Assembly: GCF_006345805.1 (NCBI RefSeq)
Contig: NC_043002.1
Span: forward strand, 68,758,001 to 68,822,000
Reading direction: 5' to 3'
Length of the DNA: 64,000 bases
From: Octopus sinensis
Lineage: Eukaryota
Shown: positions 13,324-26,155 of the stretch, piece by piece
How the letters are laid out: the number at the start of each line of letters is the position of its first letter
How positions within the stretch are numbered: the first letter of the stretch is position 1
Position numbers and translations under genes: made by a program
The notes under the pieces: generated by a model
What the model was told of the DNA's origin: nothing
Databases searched by the model: none
What the model saw: only the letters and a program-made list of their open reading frames with translations

Positions 13324-14630
13324 ATGATAGAGTGGCAGAAGAGAAAGATGGCTTAAAGAATTGCCTTGAAAGGGCTTAACACTTTGTTACTATATTTCAG
13401 GTGAAATCCACTGCCTTTGTTTCAATCAATTTTGGAAATAATGAAGAATTTAGTAAAATAAATTTGCTGTTATTAAACTGGTGTCTGGAGCATAAATTAA
13501 CATAGAGGGTTTTAGTTGAAATCATTTTGAAACAGGAAGTCTTTATCATAGAACTACGGGTGGTCTCAAGCTGGTAGTGTCAAAAGGGTTAATTTTGTCT
13601 TTCAGTGCTGAATTTTATTTATTTATGTGTTTGCCTTTCATCTCTTCTGGCTTGATAAAACAAGTACCTAGAATACATTTAAAAAATATTTTGATGGCTT
13701 AGTCAGGGGAAGAAGGATAACAAGGGTGCGGTGAAGTGGGAGCTCTTAGGCTAGTGGGAGTGGAGGAAAAGACTTTTGAGTTTTCTACCAGTGGAAGCAG
13801 CTGCTTAAGACCTGGGCCTGAATGCTTGAACAGAGGGATCACTGTATGTTAAAGGAAAAAAGAAAAAAAAAAAGAAAAAGAAGCCAAATGGTGATATCCA
13901 ACCATGCAAAGCATTAAGTCTACCAACTCAAAACAAGTACAAACAATAAAAATGACCATCATACAGGTTTTGCCAACCCAATTTCATTCACAAAATAATT
14001 ATGTTAGACTTGTAGGAGGTCTCTACCACAAATCAGCTGACATGAACTATGGAAACTGCTACTAATCTAAAACAGGGGACACATATATTCTATCACTCTT
14101 TCTCATCTATACACAACCATATGAACTGTCCAACTAGACTGACCAGAATTTTCCATCATTTTGTTATTTTCTTTCTTGGAACCATCACATTCCATTCAAA
14201 TCTTTAACAATAAAACTCATAATGAACTGAGAGCAAATAGCTCTTCTTTTCATTCATTCATTGTTGATTTCATTCAACTAACATTTCTTTTATATTATTG
14301 TTAAAGACATTAAGTTATGATAGAAGGTAGAAGACCCTTGCTCAAGGTGCTGCACAGTGGATATGAACCTGGGACTATATGACTGCACAACAAACTTCTA
14401 AACCACTACAGCCATACCTGCACTCAAGTACACTAAAGTCAATACAATCAATTTGATCCTGTTCTCTACAATTGCTTGACCTTGTGCCAATATAAGAAAT
14501 CAATATTTGAATATGTTACTGGAAAAAATCGCTATCAGATCATGATAGATAATCAATACACTGATGGTGAATATATATTAAATATCACAATATGATAATC
14601 GAGAACAAATCATTAATAATATATATATAT

Positions 14631-14797
14631 GGGCGTAGGAGTGGCTGTGTGATAAGTAGCTTGCTTACGAACCACATAGTTCCGGGTTCAGTCCCACTGC
14701 GTGGCACCTAGGGCAAGTGTCTTCTACTATAGCTTCGGGCCGACCAAAGCCTTTGTGAGTGGATTTGGTAGACGGAAACTGAAAGAAGCCCGTTGTA

Positions 14798-14836
<39 letters not shown>

Positions 14837-15082
14837 TATATATATATGTATGTATGTGTGTGTGTGTATATGTTTGTGTGTCTGTGTTAGTCCCCCCAAC
14901 ATCGCTTGACAATCGATGCTGGTGTATTTACGTCCCTGTAACTTAGCTGTTCAACAAAAGAGAATGATGAAATAATTACTAGGCTTACAAAGAATAAGTC
15001 CTAGGGTTGATTTGCTCGGCTAAAGGCGGTGCTCCAGCATGGCCACAGTCAAATGACTGAAACAAGTAAAAAAGAGTAAAGA
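14631..15082 (+). mobile_element. SINE family A
   Basis: Full-length copy with AAAAGAGT tail repeats. Confidence 0.9.
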
Positions 15083-15428
15083 GTATATATATATATATAT
15101 ATATATAAATATATATACACAAGCATATATATGTATGTATGTGTGTGTGTGTGTGCATACACACACACATACATACATACATATAAAAGCACACACACAC
15201 ATATATATAAACTGGAGGTAAGAAAAATGTTTGGTGTTATTTATTTTTCCAGTCTCCTGTTTTGATATATAATTACTCTGCAAATAATATATTCAGAATT
15301 TTTTACTCTAATGCATACATCACATAAATATAAAAACTTCACGCAAAATTTGAATACTGGAATAAGCAGATCTGCTTCAAGAGGACACAGCTTGAATTTT
15401 AACCCTACCTGCATAATATACATATGTA

Positions 15429-15619
<191 letters not shown>

Positions 15620-15633
15620 TATATATATAATAT

Positions 15634-15967
15634 ACTAGCAGTATCGCCTGGCGTTGCTCGGGTTTGTAAGGGAAATAACTATAAAGCATTTTTAGAGAGT
15701 TATAGCCAAAAAATAGAAAAAAATGGAAAAAAAATTGCGTCCCCTAGACAGTCTGTGGTTTGTGTTTCTGATTCTCGACCCCATGTCGAATTTATCGATT
15801 TTTTTCAGAACTGGGGGAACTTTTCAAAATTTTCGCTGCGTTAATTTTGAATTATGACATTGGGCTATGTGTGTGTCAAGTTTCATCAGAATCGGTTGAA
15901 AGCCATGGTCAGGGTGAGGGTACAACCTGACAGACACACAGACAAACTGCCGTTTATATATAGAGAT
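15634..15967 (+). mobile_element. Non-autonomous Helitron/Helentron-like element
   Basis: Starts T|ACTAGCAGTATCGCCTGGCGTTGCTCGGG, contains AAGTTTCATCAGAATCGGTT and an ACAG microsatellite, ends TTTATATATAGAGAT. Lep1/DINE-like architecture, from recall. Confidence 0.7.
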
Positions 15968-16378
15968 ATATATATATAAAAACACAGAATAACAAAAATT
16001 GGAGATAATAAAATCAAAATTATTTATCTAATGGAAAAAGAAGAATAACAACAATATAGACATGTTATTGATAGATTTTCATCACTAGGTTAATAAAATC
16101 AATTCCTATTTCAGTTTGAACTGTGGCTATTAGTTTATCTCTATCATCTATAATATAGATTTTATATCAACAATGACTATTGGTTTATTGCTATCATCTA
16201 TATCAACAGTGGCTATGGGTTTATCTTTTATTATCTATATCCACAGATTTGTATACAGACATATATAGGTGCGCATATGCAATATGGCATACACTTCTGT
16301 ATGTAAATGAAAATAACAAATATATGTTTGTGCGTATGTGAGTGTGCATGTGCGTGTGTGTGTGTGCGAGTGTGTGTG

Positions 16379-16423
<45 letters not shown>

Positions 16424-16778
16424 CTTTATGTGTGCAAGTGTTTACAATAAAAGATAATTTCAAGTGGAGAATGGGTGTGATGGAGAGAGAGTCAGATAAA
16501 CTGATCAGCAGATAACTTTGCATATAGATGAAGAGAGACAGATAGATAAGTAGCAAGAGCGAGAGAGAGAGGGACAGAGAGGGGGGGAGAATAGGCGAGA
16601 GAGATGATCAACAAATAGATGGGTAAACAAACAGATTGATGAAAGGAAAAGTTAATACATACATATATAAATATATATATCATCATCATCATCATCATTG
16701 TTTAGCGTCTGTTTTCCATGCTAGCATGGGTTGGACGGTAGATATATATATATATAAATATATAATTGTGTTGCACAC

Positions 16779-16810
<32 letters not shown>

Positions 16811-17294
16811 ATGATTAGTGTAGTAACATTATAGTCAACTGCTACAAAGGCAAAGGTGATGCCCTAGACAGAAATAATTTCAGAGGCATCAAATTGCTGG
16901 ACCAGGTGATGAAAGTTGTAGGAAGGGCCGTACCTCAATTAATTACAAAGAGAGTTAGCATAGATGAGAAGTAGTTTAGATTTGTGCCAGGGAGAAGCAC
17001 CACTGATGCTATTTTTTTGGTGAGGCAACTGCAGGAGAAATACTTGGCAAAAAATAAATCTCTGTATCTGGCTTTTATTGACATGGAGAAAGCCTCTGAC
17101 AGAATCCCCTATTTGATGGGCAATGTGGAAGCTAGGGGTAGCTGAGTTGTTGGTGATAACTGTACAAGCCATGTAAGGTGAGGGTCACCAATGAGTATAG
17201 CAAGGAGTTTAGTGAACAAGTAGAAGTCCACCAGGGATCAGTTCTTAGCCCCCTCTTGTTTTATGTAGTCCTGCAAGCTATGACAGGAATTTAA
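16811..17294 (+). mobile_element. RTE RT fragment (left arm of the inverted duplication)
   Basis: NCYKGKGDALDRNNFRGIKLLDQVMKVV...FVPGRSTTDAIFLVRQLQEKYLAK...AFIDMEKA...HQGSVLSPLLF. Confidence 0.92.
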
Positions 17295-17906
17295 GCCCCC
17301 TGTGGGCAATAAAGAAATAAATATTTGGGCCAGATATGGCTGATTTAAATAATAAAGGGTTAATACACACCTGTGTTCTCCCTCTCCCTCTCTCACCTCA
17401 CACACACATCCTTTGAAAATGATGATTAATTTAATTGCTACTCAGAGTTTATGTGCTCCTTTCAGTGATACAAGGTGCATAAAGAGTAAAGACCCCTTTT
17501 GGTCATCAATAACTACGGGGTTGCACCTAGAAAGTTACCCTTTAAGGCACATAAACTCTGAGTAACAATTAAATTAATCATCATTTTCAAAGGATGTGTG
17601 TGTGAGGTGAGAGAGGGAGAACACACATGTGTATTAACCCTTTATTATTTAAACCAGCCATATCTGGCCCAAATATTTATTTCTTTATTGCCCACAGGGG
17701 GCTAAACATAGAGGGGACAAACAAGGACAGAGAAACAAATTAAGTCTATTACATCGATCCCAATGCATAACTGGTACTTACTTAATCGACCCCGAAAGGA
17801 CAAAAGGCAAAGTTGACCTCGGCGGATCCCAAGCAGTGACCTGAACAATAGTAATAACATCATAAAATACCTTAGGAATGAGAACCCAGGTTCGAAATTT
17901 GCCCAA

Positions 17907-17952
17907 GACACCTGAAGAAGGTTGGAGGGTATATCAGTCGAAACATTGTTCT
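17907..17952 (+). ncRNA. Second, decayed copy of the Penelope pLTR hammerhead motif
   Basis: gacac-CTGAAGA-a-ggttg(loop)cagtc-GAAAC-ATT-gttct. Flanks (17824-17985) are homologous to 2561-2715. Stems I and III are damaged. Confidence 0.6.
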
Positions 17953-18009
17953 AACAACAAACAAGATGAGGATAAATATCCGTCGAATATAAATAATGTA
18001 AATAAGACT

Positions 18010-18631
18010 GGTCTTTGTTAAATTAACTCTAAAGTCCTTTGATTCCAGTCTGCGCTTCCATACCTGAAGTTCTTCTCTAGTTCTGGTAATGATTCAACAA
18101 TAAGAACAAGGTCATCAGCATAAAGGAACTCCCAAGTGCAGCCAGTCTTAAATTCCTGTCATAGCTTGCAGGACTACATAAAACAAGAGGGGGCTAAGAA
18201 CTGATCCCTGGTGGACTTCTACTTGTTCACTAAACTCCTTGCTATACTCATTGGTGACCCTCACCTTACATGGCTTGTACAGCTATCACCAACAACTCAA
18301 CTACCCCTAGCTTCCACATTGCCCATCAAATAGGGGATTCTGTCAGAGGCTTTCTCCATGTCAATAAAAGCCAGATACAGAGATTTATTTTTTGCCAAGT
18401 ATTTCTCCTGCAGTTGCCTCACCAAAAAAATAGCATCAGTGGTGCTTCTCCCTGGCACAAATCTAAACTACTTCTCATCTATGCTAACTCTCTTTGTAAT
18501 TAATTGAGGTACGGCCCTTCCTACAACTTTCATCACCTGGTCCAGCAATTTGATGCCTCTGAAATTATTTCTGTCTAGGGCATCACCTTTGCCTTTGTAG
18601 CAGTTGACTATAATGTTACTATGCTAATCAT
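18010..18631 (-). mobile_element. RTE RT fragment including YADD (right arm)
   Basis: Near-identical to 16811-17294 but continues EFKTGCTWEFLYADDLVLIVES. Confidence 0.92.
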
Positions 18632-18827
18632 TGGATATGATTCCCTTGTAGACAACCTGATTAACTATATGGGTGACCATGTCATATGTGCATGTATATG
18701 TTAATCTCTGTGTGTGTTACTGTCTTCTTACCTTGACATATGTAATAGTTGTAAATGAGTGTCACTGTCATGCAAACAGTATCCTTCATTTCCAATCTTT
18801 TGTCTGTCTGTCTGTCTGTATGTATAC

Positions 18828-19195
18828 GGAGAAAATGAAGAGGTAATTAATAAAAATTATTTTTTAATTATAAAATATGACATCTCTGACATCTGTTTTG
18901 ATTCAGAAATTTTTAGATAATTAATTTATAAAATTAAAATCATCATAAGATGAATCTCTTCAGAGGTAGTAAAGACATACCAATTAGAAATACATGTTGA
19001 GATAATGGTTTATACCCATTATCTCAACATGTATTTCTAATTGGTATGTCTTTACTACCTTCAAAGGGATTCGTCTTATAATGATTTTGATTTTATAAAT
19101 TAATTATCTAAAGATTTCTGAATCAAAACAGATGTCAGAGATGTCATATTTTATAATTAATAAATAATCTTATTAATTACCTCTCCATTTTCTCC
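18828..19195. repeat. Fold-back palindrome, arms of about 180 bp
   Basis: GGAGAAAATG...GATAATGG-tttatac-CCATTATC...CATTTTCTCC, imperfect arms. Confidence 0.9.
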
Positions 19196-19464
19196 TTATT
19201 CTTTAAATATATAGGTATATGAACCATGATTTATATGGTTATCTTATAGTTGAACTTTCTATAGATTGGTAACTAACCAGTATTTTCATTGGATTTATGA
19301 TCCCTTAATGAGGTTTATTATCTTTACTTGATTATATATTATATATATACATATATACATATACATATAAACATAAACACACACACATATATACATATAC
19401 ATATATATACATACACACACACACACACATATATATATATACATACATACATACATATATATAT

Positions 19465-19768
19465 CACGTGATCACGTGACCAACCAGTCCATCAGATGTA
19501 GTTACACATCGCTGGTCACAATGCGTTCGCATTGTTTTAGGCTTCGAATGACGTCACCCCGCTGGCTAAGCGAGCAGGCCAACAGAGGAAAGAGTGTGAG
19601 AAAGAATGGTGAAAGAGTACAGCAGGGATCACCACCCCCTGCCAGAACCTCGTGGAGCTTTTAGGTGTTTTCGCTCAATAAACACTCACAACGCCCGGTC
19701 TGGGAATCGAAACCGCGATCCTACAACCGTGAGTCCGTTGCCTTAACCACTGGGCCATTGCGCCTCCA
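19465..19768 (-). mobile_element. SINE family C (GGAGGCGCAATGGCCCAGTGG tRNA-like head)
   Basis: A- and B-box head; homologous to 38771-39045 (+) and, more distantly, 8575-8785 (-). Confidence 0.85.
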
Positions 19769-19855
19769 CACACACACACACACACACATACATACATACA
19801 TACATACATACATACATACATACATACATACATACATACATACATACATACATAC

Positions 19856-19891
<36 letters not shown>

Positions 19892-20284
19892 TACATACAT
19901 ATATATGTATATGATGACTGGATTCTTTCAGATTCTGTCTGCCAAATCCAGTCACAAGGCTTTGGTCAGCCTGGGGTGATGATAGAGGACACTAGCCCAA
20001 AGTGTCTCTCAGTGGGACTGAACCAGAACCCATGTCCTTGGGAAGCAAATGTCTCAACCAAACACACACACAGAGGCTGTTGTGTGTTGATGGGCAGCTT
20101 CATGTAACTCAGTCGGCTGGCTGGGTTTTGGGTGCTGTTTATGATGTCTGTGCATAAATAGGTAGTACAGGCCCAGATTTGAGAGTAGTTCTCTATTGCA
20201 GATCTCACAGATAAATAACTGACAGGCACATAAATCAAGACTATATTATACATACATATCTCTTCTCTGTGTAATATTATATAT

Positions 20285-20340
<56 letters not shown>

Positions 20341-20934
20341 TAAACATGTGTATAATGTATAAATATATTAATAAACGTGTTATAATGTACAAAAATACTC
20401 TTTTACTTGTTTCAGTCATTTGACTGTGGCCATGCTGGAGCACCGCCTTTAGTCGAGCAAATCAACCCTAGGACTTATTCTTTGGAAGCCTGGTACTTAT
20501 TCTATCGGTGTCTTTGCCGAACCGTTATGTTACGGGGACGTAAACACACCAGCATCGGTTGTCAAGCGATGTTGGGGGGGACAAACATATAAAACACACA
20601 AAGACATACTTGCATATAATCTCTTCTTATTAATATGCACACCCATACACATATCATCATGCATATACACACATTCAAACAATTATTTATATATACATTC
20701 TTATATATTTTATCTTGTATAATACTTATATATGCACAGACACACACCCACACACTGTTACATTGATGCATGCACAGATACTTATATACATATGTATACA
20801 CATAAATACTAACATATATGCATACCCTCATGTACATACAAACATACAAACACATGCATATATATATGTACACACACAAATAAATACATAAATATATATA
20901 TATAAAAGATAAATACAGACATATACACACACAA

Positions 20935-20964
<30 letters not shown>

Positions 20965-20968
<4 letters not shown>

Positions 20969-21708
20969 TACGTTCTACTTGCCTAGAACCTGTCCTCTGA
21001 ACCACCCCTCCCACTGGTGCTCCCCTATATTTCTGCACCCCCCACCACCATTATAGGTGTCTACTCTCTTTGAACCCCCCTCTTCAATACGCTATTTCAC
21101 CATGCATTCCCCTCTCTCGATATCCTACGTTCTACTTGCCTAGAACCTGTCCTCTGAACCACCCCTCCCACTGGTGCCCCCTATATTTCTGCACCCCCCC
21201 CACCACCATTATAGGTGTCTACTCTTTGAACCCCCCTCTTCAATACGCTATTCACCATGCATTGTACCCCTCTCTCGATATCCTACTTTTCTACTTGCCT
21301 AGAACCTGTCCTCTGAACCACCCTCTCCCACTGGTGCTCACCCCTCCCACTGGTGCTCACCCCTCCCACTGGTGCTCCCCTATATTTCTGCACCCCCCAC
21401 CACCATTATAGGTGTCTACTCTTTGAACACCCCTCTTCAATACGCTATTTCACCATGCATTACCCCTCTCTCGATATCCTACTCCTACGTTCTACTTGCC
21501 TAGAACCTGTCCTCTGAACCACCCCTCCCCCTGGTGCTCCCCTATATTTCTGCACCCCCACCCCCCCACCACGAACCCCCCTCTTCAATACGCTATTTCA
21601 CCATGCATTACCCCTCTCTCGATAAATCCTACGTTCTACTTGCCTAGTACCTGTCCTCTGAACCACCCCTCCCACTGGTGCTCCCCTATATTTCTGCACC
21701 CCCCCCCC
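20965..21708. repeat. Minisatellite, about 4.6 copies of a ~155-bp C-rich unit
   Basis: Units start ATCCTAC at 20965, 21122, 21280, 21476 and 21626. Unit 3 has an internal triplication of CCCTCCCACTGGTGCTC. Confidence 0.95.
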
Positions 21709-21709
21709 C

Positions 21710-21931
21710 ATAAAAAGCACCATCCGAACGTGCCGATGCCAGACCCCTCTGGCACCTGTGCAGGTGGCACGTAAAAACACCCACTACACTCGCGGAGTGG
21801 TTGGCGTTAGGAAGGGCATCCAGCTGTAGAAACACTGCCAGACTAGACTGGAGCCTGGGCAGTCCCGAGCTCCCCAGACCCCGGTCGAAACCGTCCAACC
21901 CGTGCTACGCGGCGAAAAACGGACGTTAAAC

Positions 21932-21964
<33 letters not shown>

Positions 21965-23030
21965 ATAGGCACAGGCATAGTTGTATGGTAAGAAGCTTGC
22001 TTCCTAACCACATAGTTCTAGGTTCAGTTCCACTGCGTGGTATCTTGAACAAGTGTCTTCTACTATCACCTCGGGCTGACCAAAGCCTTATGAGTGTATT
22101 TGGTAGATGGAAACTGAAAGAAACCTGTCATATATATATCTATATATATATTGCAGCCACCTGGTTCACCAGTCCTTAGTCAAATCGTCCAACACATGCC
22201 AGCAAACGTTAAACACAATGATGATGATGATATATCTGTGCCGGTGGCACATAAAAAGCACCATCCGAACGTGGCCGATGCCAGCACCGCCTCAACTGGC
22301 TTCTGTTCCGGTGGCACATAAAAAGCACCAACCGATCGTAGGATCCCGGAACATCTCGCTGTGCTTGAGGAGACCTGTTGAGTCAAGTGCATGTACATGT
22401 ACATGAACATCGAACCAAATATCAATGGAAACAGTAGTTGTGATACCTGTGCTGGTGACACATAAAAAGCACCATCCGAACGTGGCCGTTGCCAGTGCAG
22501 CCTCCACTGGCTTCTGTGCCGGTGGCACATAAAAAGCACCATCCGATCGTGACCGATGCCAACCCCGCCTCGAAGGCTTCTGTGCCGGTGGCACATGAAC
22601 ATCGAACAAATATCAAGGAAACAGTAGTTGTGATAACTGTGCCGGTGACACATAAAAAACACCATCCGAACGTGGCCGTTGCCAGTGCAGCCTCCACTGG
22701 CTTCTGTGCCGGTGGCACATAAAAAGCACCATCCGAACGTGGCCGATGCCAGCACCACCTTGACTGGCTCCTGTGCCGGTGGCACATAAAAAAAGCACCA
22801 ACCGATCGTGGCCGATGTCAGACCCCTCTGGCACCTGTGCAGGTGGCACATAAAAAGCACGCACTACACTCGCGGAGTGGTTGGTGTTAGGAAGAGCATC
22901 CAACTGTAGAAACACTGCCAGATCAGACTGGAGCCTGGGGCAGCCCCTGGCTCCCCAGACCCCGGTCGAACCGTCCAACTCGTGCTAGCGCGGAAAACGG
23001 ACGTTAAACGATGATGATGATGATGATGAT
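21710..23030 (+). mobile_element. Cluster of RTE-type 3' UTR elements with tandem ~60-nt hairpin units and a (GAT)n tail
   Basis: Repeated CTGTGCCGGTGGCACATAAAAAGCACCATCCGAACGTGGCCGATGCCAG units ending in GGAAGGGCATCCAGCTGTAGAAAC...GGACGTTAAAC(GAT)n. Other copies near 23890-24245, 33200-33600, 36040-36330, 43880-44230, 47150-47525, 49170-49355, 50360-50880, 57700-57830 and 63830-64000. Confidence 0.8.
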
Positions 23031-23248
23031 GATATATGTATATATGTATGTGTGTGTGTATCTTTGTGTCTGTGTTTGTCCCTCTGTCACTGCTTAACAA
23101 CAGGTGTTGGTGTCTTTATGTCCCCTTAGCAAAAGAGACAGAAAAAGCACTAAGCTTCAGAAATAAGTTCTGGGGTTGATTTGTTCAGCTAAAACCCTTC
23201 TACTGAAACCCTATTAAAATAAGTAAAAGAATACATATATATATATAC

Positions 23249-23315
<67 letters not shown>

Positions 23316-23409
23316 AAAGAAAGAAAGTGAGAGAGATTCATATACAGAATTCAGAAATAAATACATATAGCAGTCATTATTATTATTTTTGCCATAATCC
23401 ATCACTACA

Positions 23410-23560
23410 TTTTGAGTTCAAATTCCGCCGAGGTAAACTTTGCCTTTCATCCTTTCAGGGTCGATGAAATAAGTACCACTTATGCACTGGGTTGATGTAA
23501 TCGACTAAACCCCCTCCCCTCAAATTTCAGGGCTTTTGCCTATAGTATAAAGGCTTATTG
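23410..23560 (+). mobile_element. SINE family B, tail type 2 (...AAATTTCAGGCCTTGTGCCTATAGTAGAAAGG ATT)
   Basis: Same head and body as tail type 1 but a different 3' end. Other copies near 7600-7830, 41540-41672, 51440-51620, 58540-59640 (cluster) and 60600-60780. Confidence 0.8.
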
Positions 23561-25379
23561 TTGCCATAATTTTATGTCCACTTTATCTGCTGGCATAGAT
23601 TGAACAGTTCTTGTTCGGGGTCACAGCCCTTTTAAGCATACTCAGGAGACCAAGCATATTTCATCCATTTTCATCCAGCATGATTTCTATGGCTGGAAGC
23701 CCTTTCTATCACCAACACTAGAGCTGTTGTTATGTCTTTGATAATACCCAATGGTGTCTCCATACAACTGCCAATCACCTTACTAGTGTAGTGGATGTAT
23801 TTCTTCATGGTACCCGTAGAAGACAGATGCTGCCAAGGTAAGATTAGGGTTTTTTTTATATCATAATCTCTTTGCTCGTTTGTCCATGACTTCGCAAATC
23901 AAATGGAAATTGTAGTTGTGATACCCGTGCCAGTGGCATGTAAAAAGAACCATCTGAATGTGACCGATGGCAGTGCCGCCTGACTGGCGTCTGTGTCGGT
24001 GACATGTAAAAAGCACCAACTGATCGTGGCCGTTTACCAGCCTCCTCTGGCCCCATGTGCCAGTGGCATGTAAAATGCACCCACTACACTCATGGAGTGG
24101 TTGGCGTTAAGAAGGGCATCCAGCTGTAGAAACACTGCCAGATCAGACTGGAGCCTGGCGCAGCCTCCTGGCTTCCCAGACCCTGGTCAAACCGTCCAAC
24201 CCATGCTAGCATGGAAAACGGACGTTAAACGATGATGATGATGATGAATGGATGTACTTCATTGTAACACCCACGTTTGTGAAGATGCCTGCACCAAGTC
24301 TTGTCCATTTGTTCAGAGTGACATGACAAGGGTAGAAGAGAGGGCAATTGTAGAGGATGGGGGAGGTATTTGCAGAAATGGGGAGTGAAATAGGAGATGT
24401 ACTGCTGGAGGAGTAATGAGAGTGTAAATAGATGGGTAGTAGAGACTGAGGGTAAACAGCAGTTACAATGTTTGTAGGTAGAAGAGGGAGGGAGTTGTGG
24501 GCAGCTGTAGGAATGGACATTAATAAGAGTGAGTGATGGGTAAATGTAGGAATGGTCAGTCATTAGAGAGTGTGTTGGATGTCAATAAAGAGAGATTTGA
24601 GGGAGAGGGAATAGAGGCCAGTGATTTAGAAGTGAGTAGGGAGCAGGGGTGTTGGTTACTCAAGATGGTAATGGAAGGAGAGCGAATTATAGATGGCCTG
24701 AGAGAGAAGAGGCAATGGTGGAGATGGCGATGTGCAGTTAAGGAAGGGAAGTGGGTGGCATTTATGAGATACTGATAGATATGATGCAATTCTTCTTCAT
24801 TCAAGTATCATGATTTGGAAGGATAGAAGAAAGAGGAGTAGCGAGATGTGGGTGGTGGAAGAAGGGGGGGGTGCACAGATTGAATGCTTTTCTCTTAGTT
24901 TAAGAGTGGCATGGTATGGCGAGTGGAAGAGATGTTAGTGAGATATGAGGGTATAGAATAGACAGTATAGGCAAGGTGGGGTGGCATGGCGGGTATAGAT
25001 GGGCAGGGGCCAGACATAAATTTGTGTGTGTATGTGCGTGTGTATGTGTGTGTATGTGCATGTGTGTGTGTGTGCATGTATTGCTATCTAAATGTTTTAA
25101 CATGAATAAATATATATTCAAACACAGACAAATAAACACAGGCATGTTTGTAAGTACATTGACTTACACACATTAACACATGCATACACACCTAGCGCAA
25201 ATAAAGACAAACATAAAGATGAATATGCATGTAGATACCCACACATAATCACGCACACACGCACATACAGAAATGTAGATTTACAAACACTAACATAAAA
25301 AATTACATACAGTCATGTACACACACTGATGCAATTCCTATTTAGATTTTGTCAGGCATAAGGAGCAGTGCTCGTGACC

Positions 25380-25652
25380 TTTGCCGGCATTCTGAGATTG
25401 GCAAGATAGGTGTGGTTTATGTTTAGATTGGACATCTGTAAGTCTACATCTTCAGGAAAGACACAGAGCTGGAGATTGAGTTGAAGAAGGTTGATGTTTT
25501 GGAGAAGAAGGATTAAATGTAGCAGTTAATACAGGGGCCAGACAGGAGTTATTAGATGTGATAGGAAGGGGAGACAGAGGCTTTTTTTGAATGGGCTTGG
25601 ATCAAGATAGTAAACAACTAGCTAGGTGTGAGGTGCAGAGGCTGTTGTAGAA
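25380..25652 (-). mobile_element. L2/CR1/Crack-group LINE 3' fragment
   Basis: VYYFYNSLCTSHLAS...SFFSKTSTFFNSISSSVFPEDVDLQMSNLNIN resembles the LFYRY..G.CS.EL...SFFPRT..LWNSLP..VFP C-terminus. Confidence 0.6.
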
Positions 25653-26089
25653 GTAGTACACAAATATCATCATCATCATCAGCATCATTGTCATCATCAA
25701 CATCATCACCATCGGCCAACACATCAGAATGTAACTCCTTTCTGGAAAACCGCCCCCACCCGACGAAAATTAACCAGTTTCAATACGAAAATTTTAAATT
25801 AATTCAATTTCTCTAATTGAATTAATTGGATATGGAAACGGCTGTAGGGATAAGAATTTCATATTATATTGATTTGAATATCTTTGAACAAACTGATGTC
25901 TATATATCAGTTTCTCCATTTTCTTCTTTTTTTCTCATTCATAAATATTTTAAATACCAATATACATCAATGCAAAACTAAAGTATTTAGTTTTCAATGA
26001 ACACTGGAGAACTAGGATGCAAACATCCCTTAAAGGATTATAGGTCATTGGCATGATTATATATATATATATGTATATGTATGATTATA

Positions 26090-26130
<41 letters not shown>

Positions 26131-26155
26131 TATATATATTTATTTTATAGAAGGA

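Noticed and set aside
22460-22560. HDV-like ribozyme in the RTE tail module (CCAG..CCTC..CTGG resembles P3/L3)
   Set aside because: I could not find complementary P1 and P2 strands or a J4/2 in the required order.
22240-22860. CRISPR-like array (palindromic repeats with intervening sequence)
   Set aside because: Eukaryotic context, no cas genes, and the 'spacers' are themselves homologous. It is a retroelement 3' UTR tandem.
24250-24960. Protein-coding potential in the purine-rich tract (and the related pyrimidine-rich tract at 39100-39720)
   Set aside because: Low-complexity strand-biased sequence with no recognisable domain; likely a decayed repeat.
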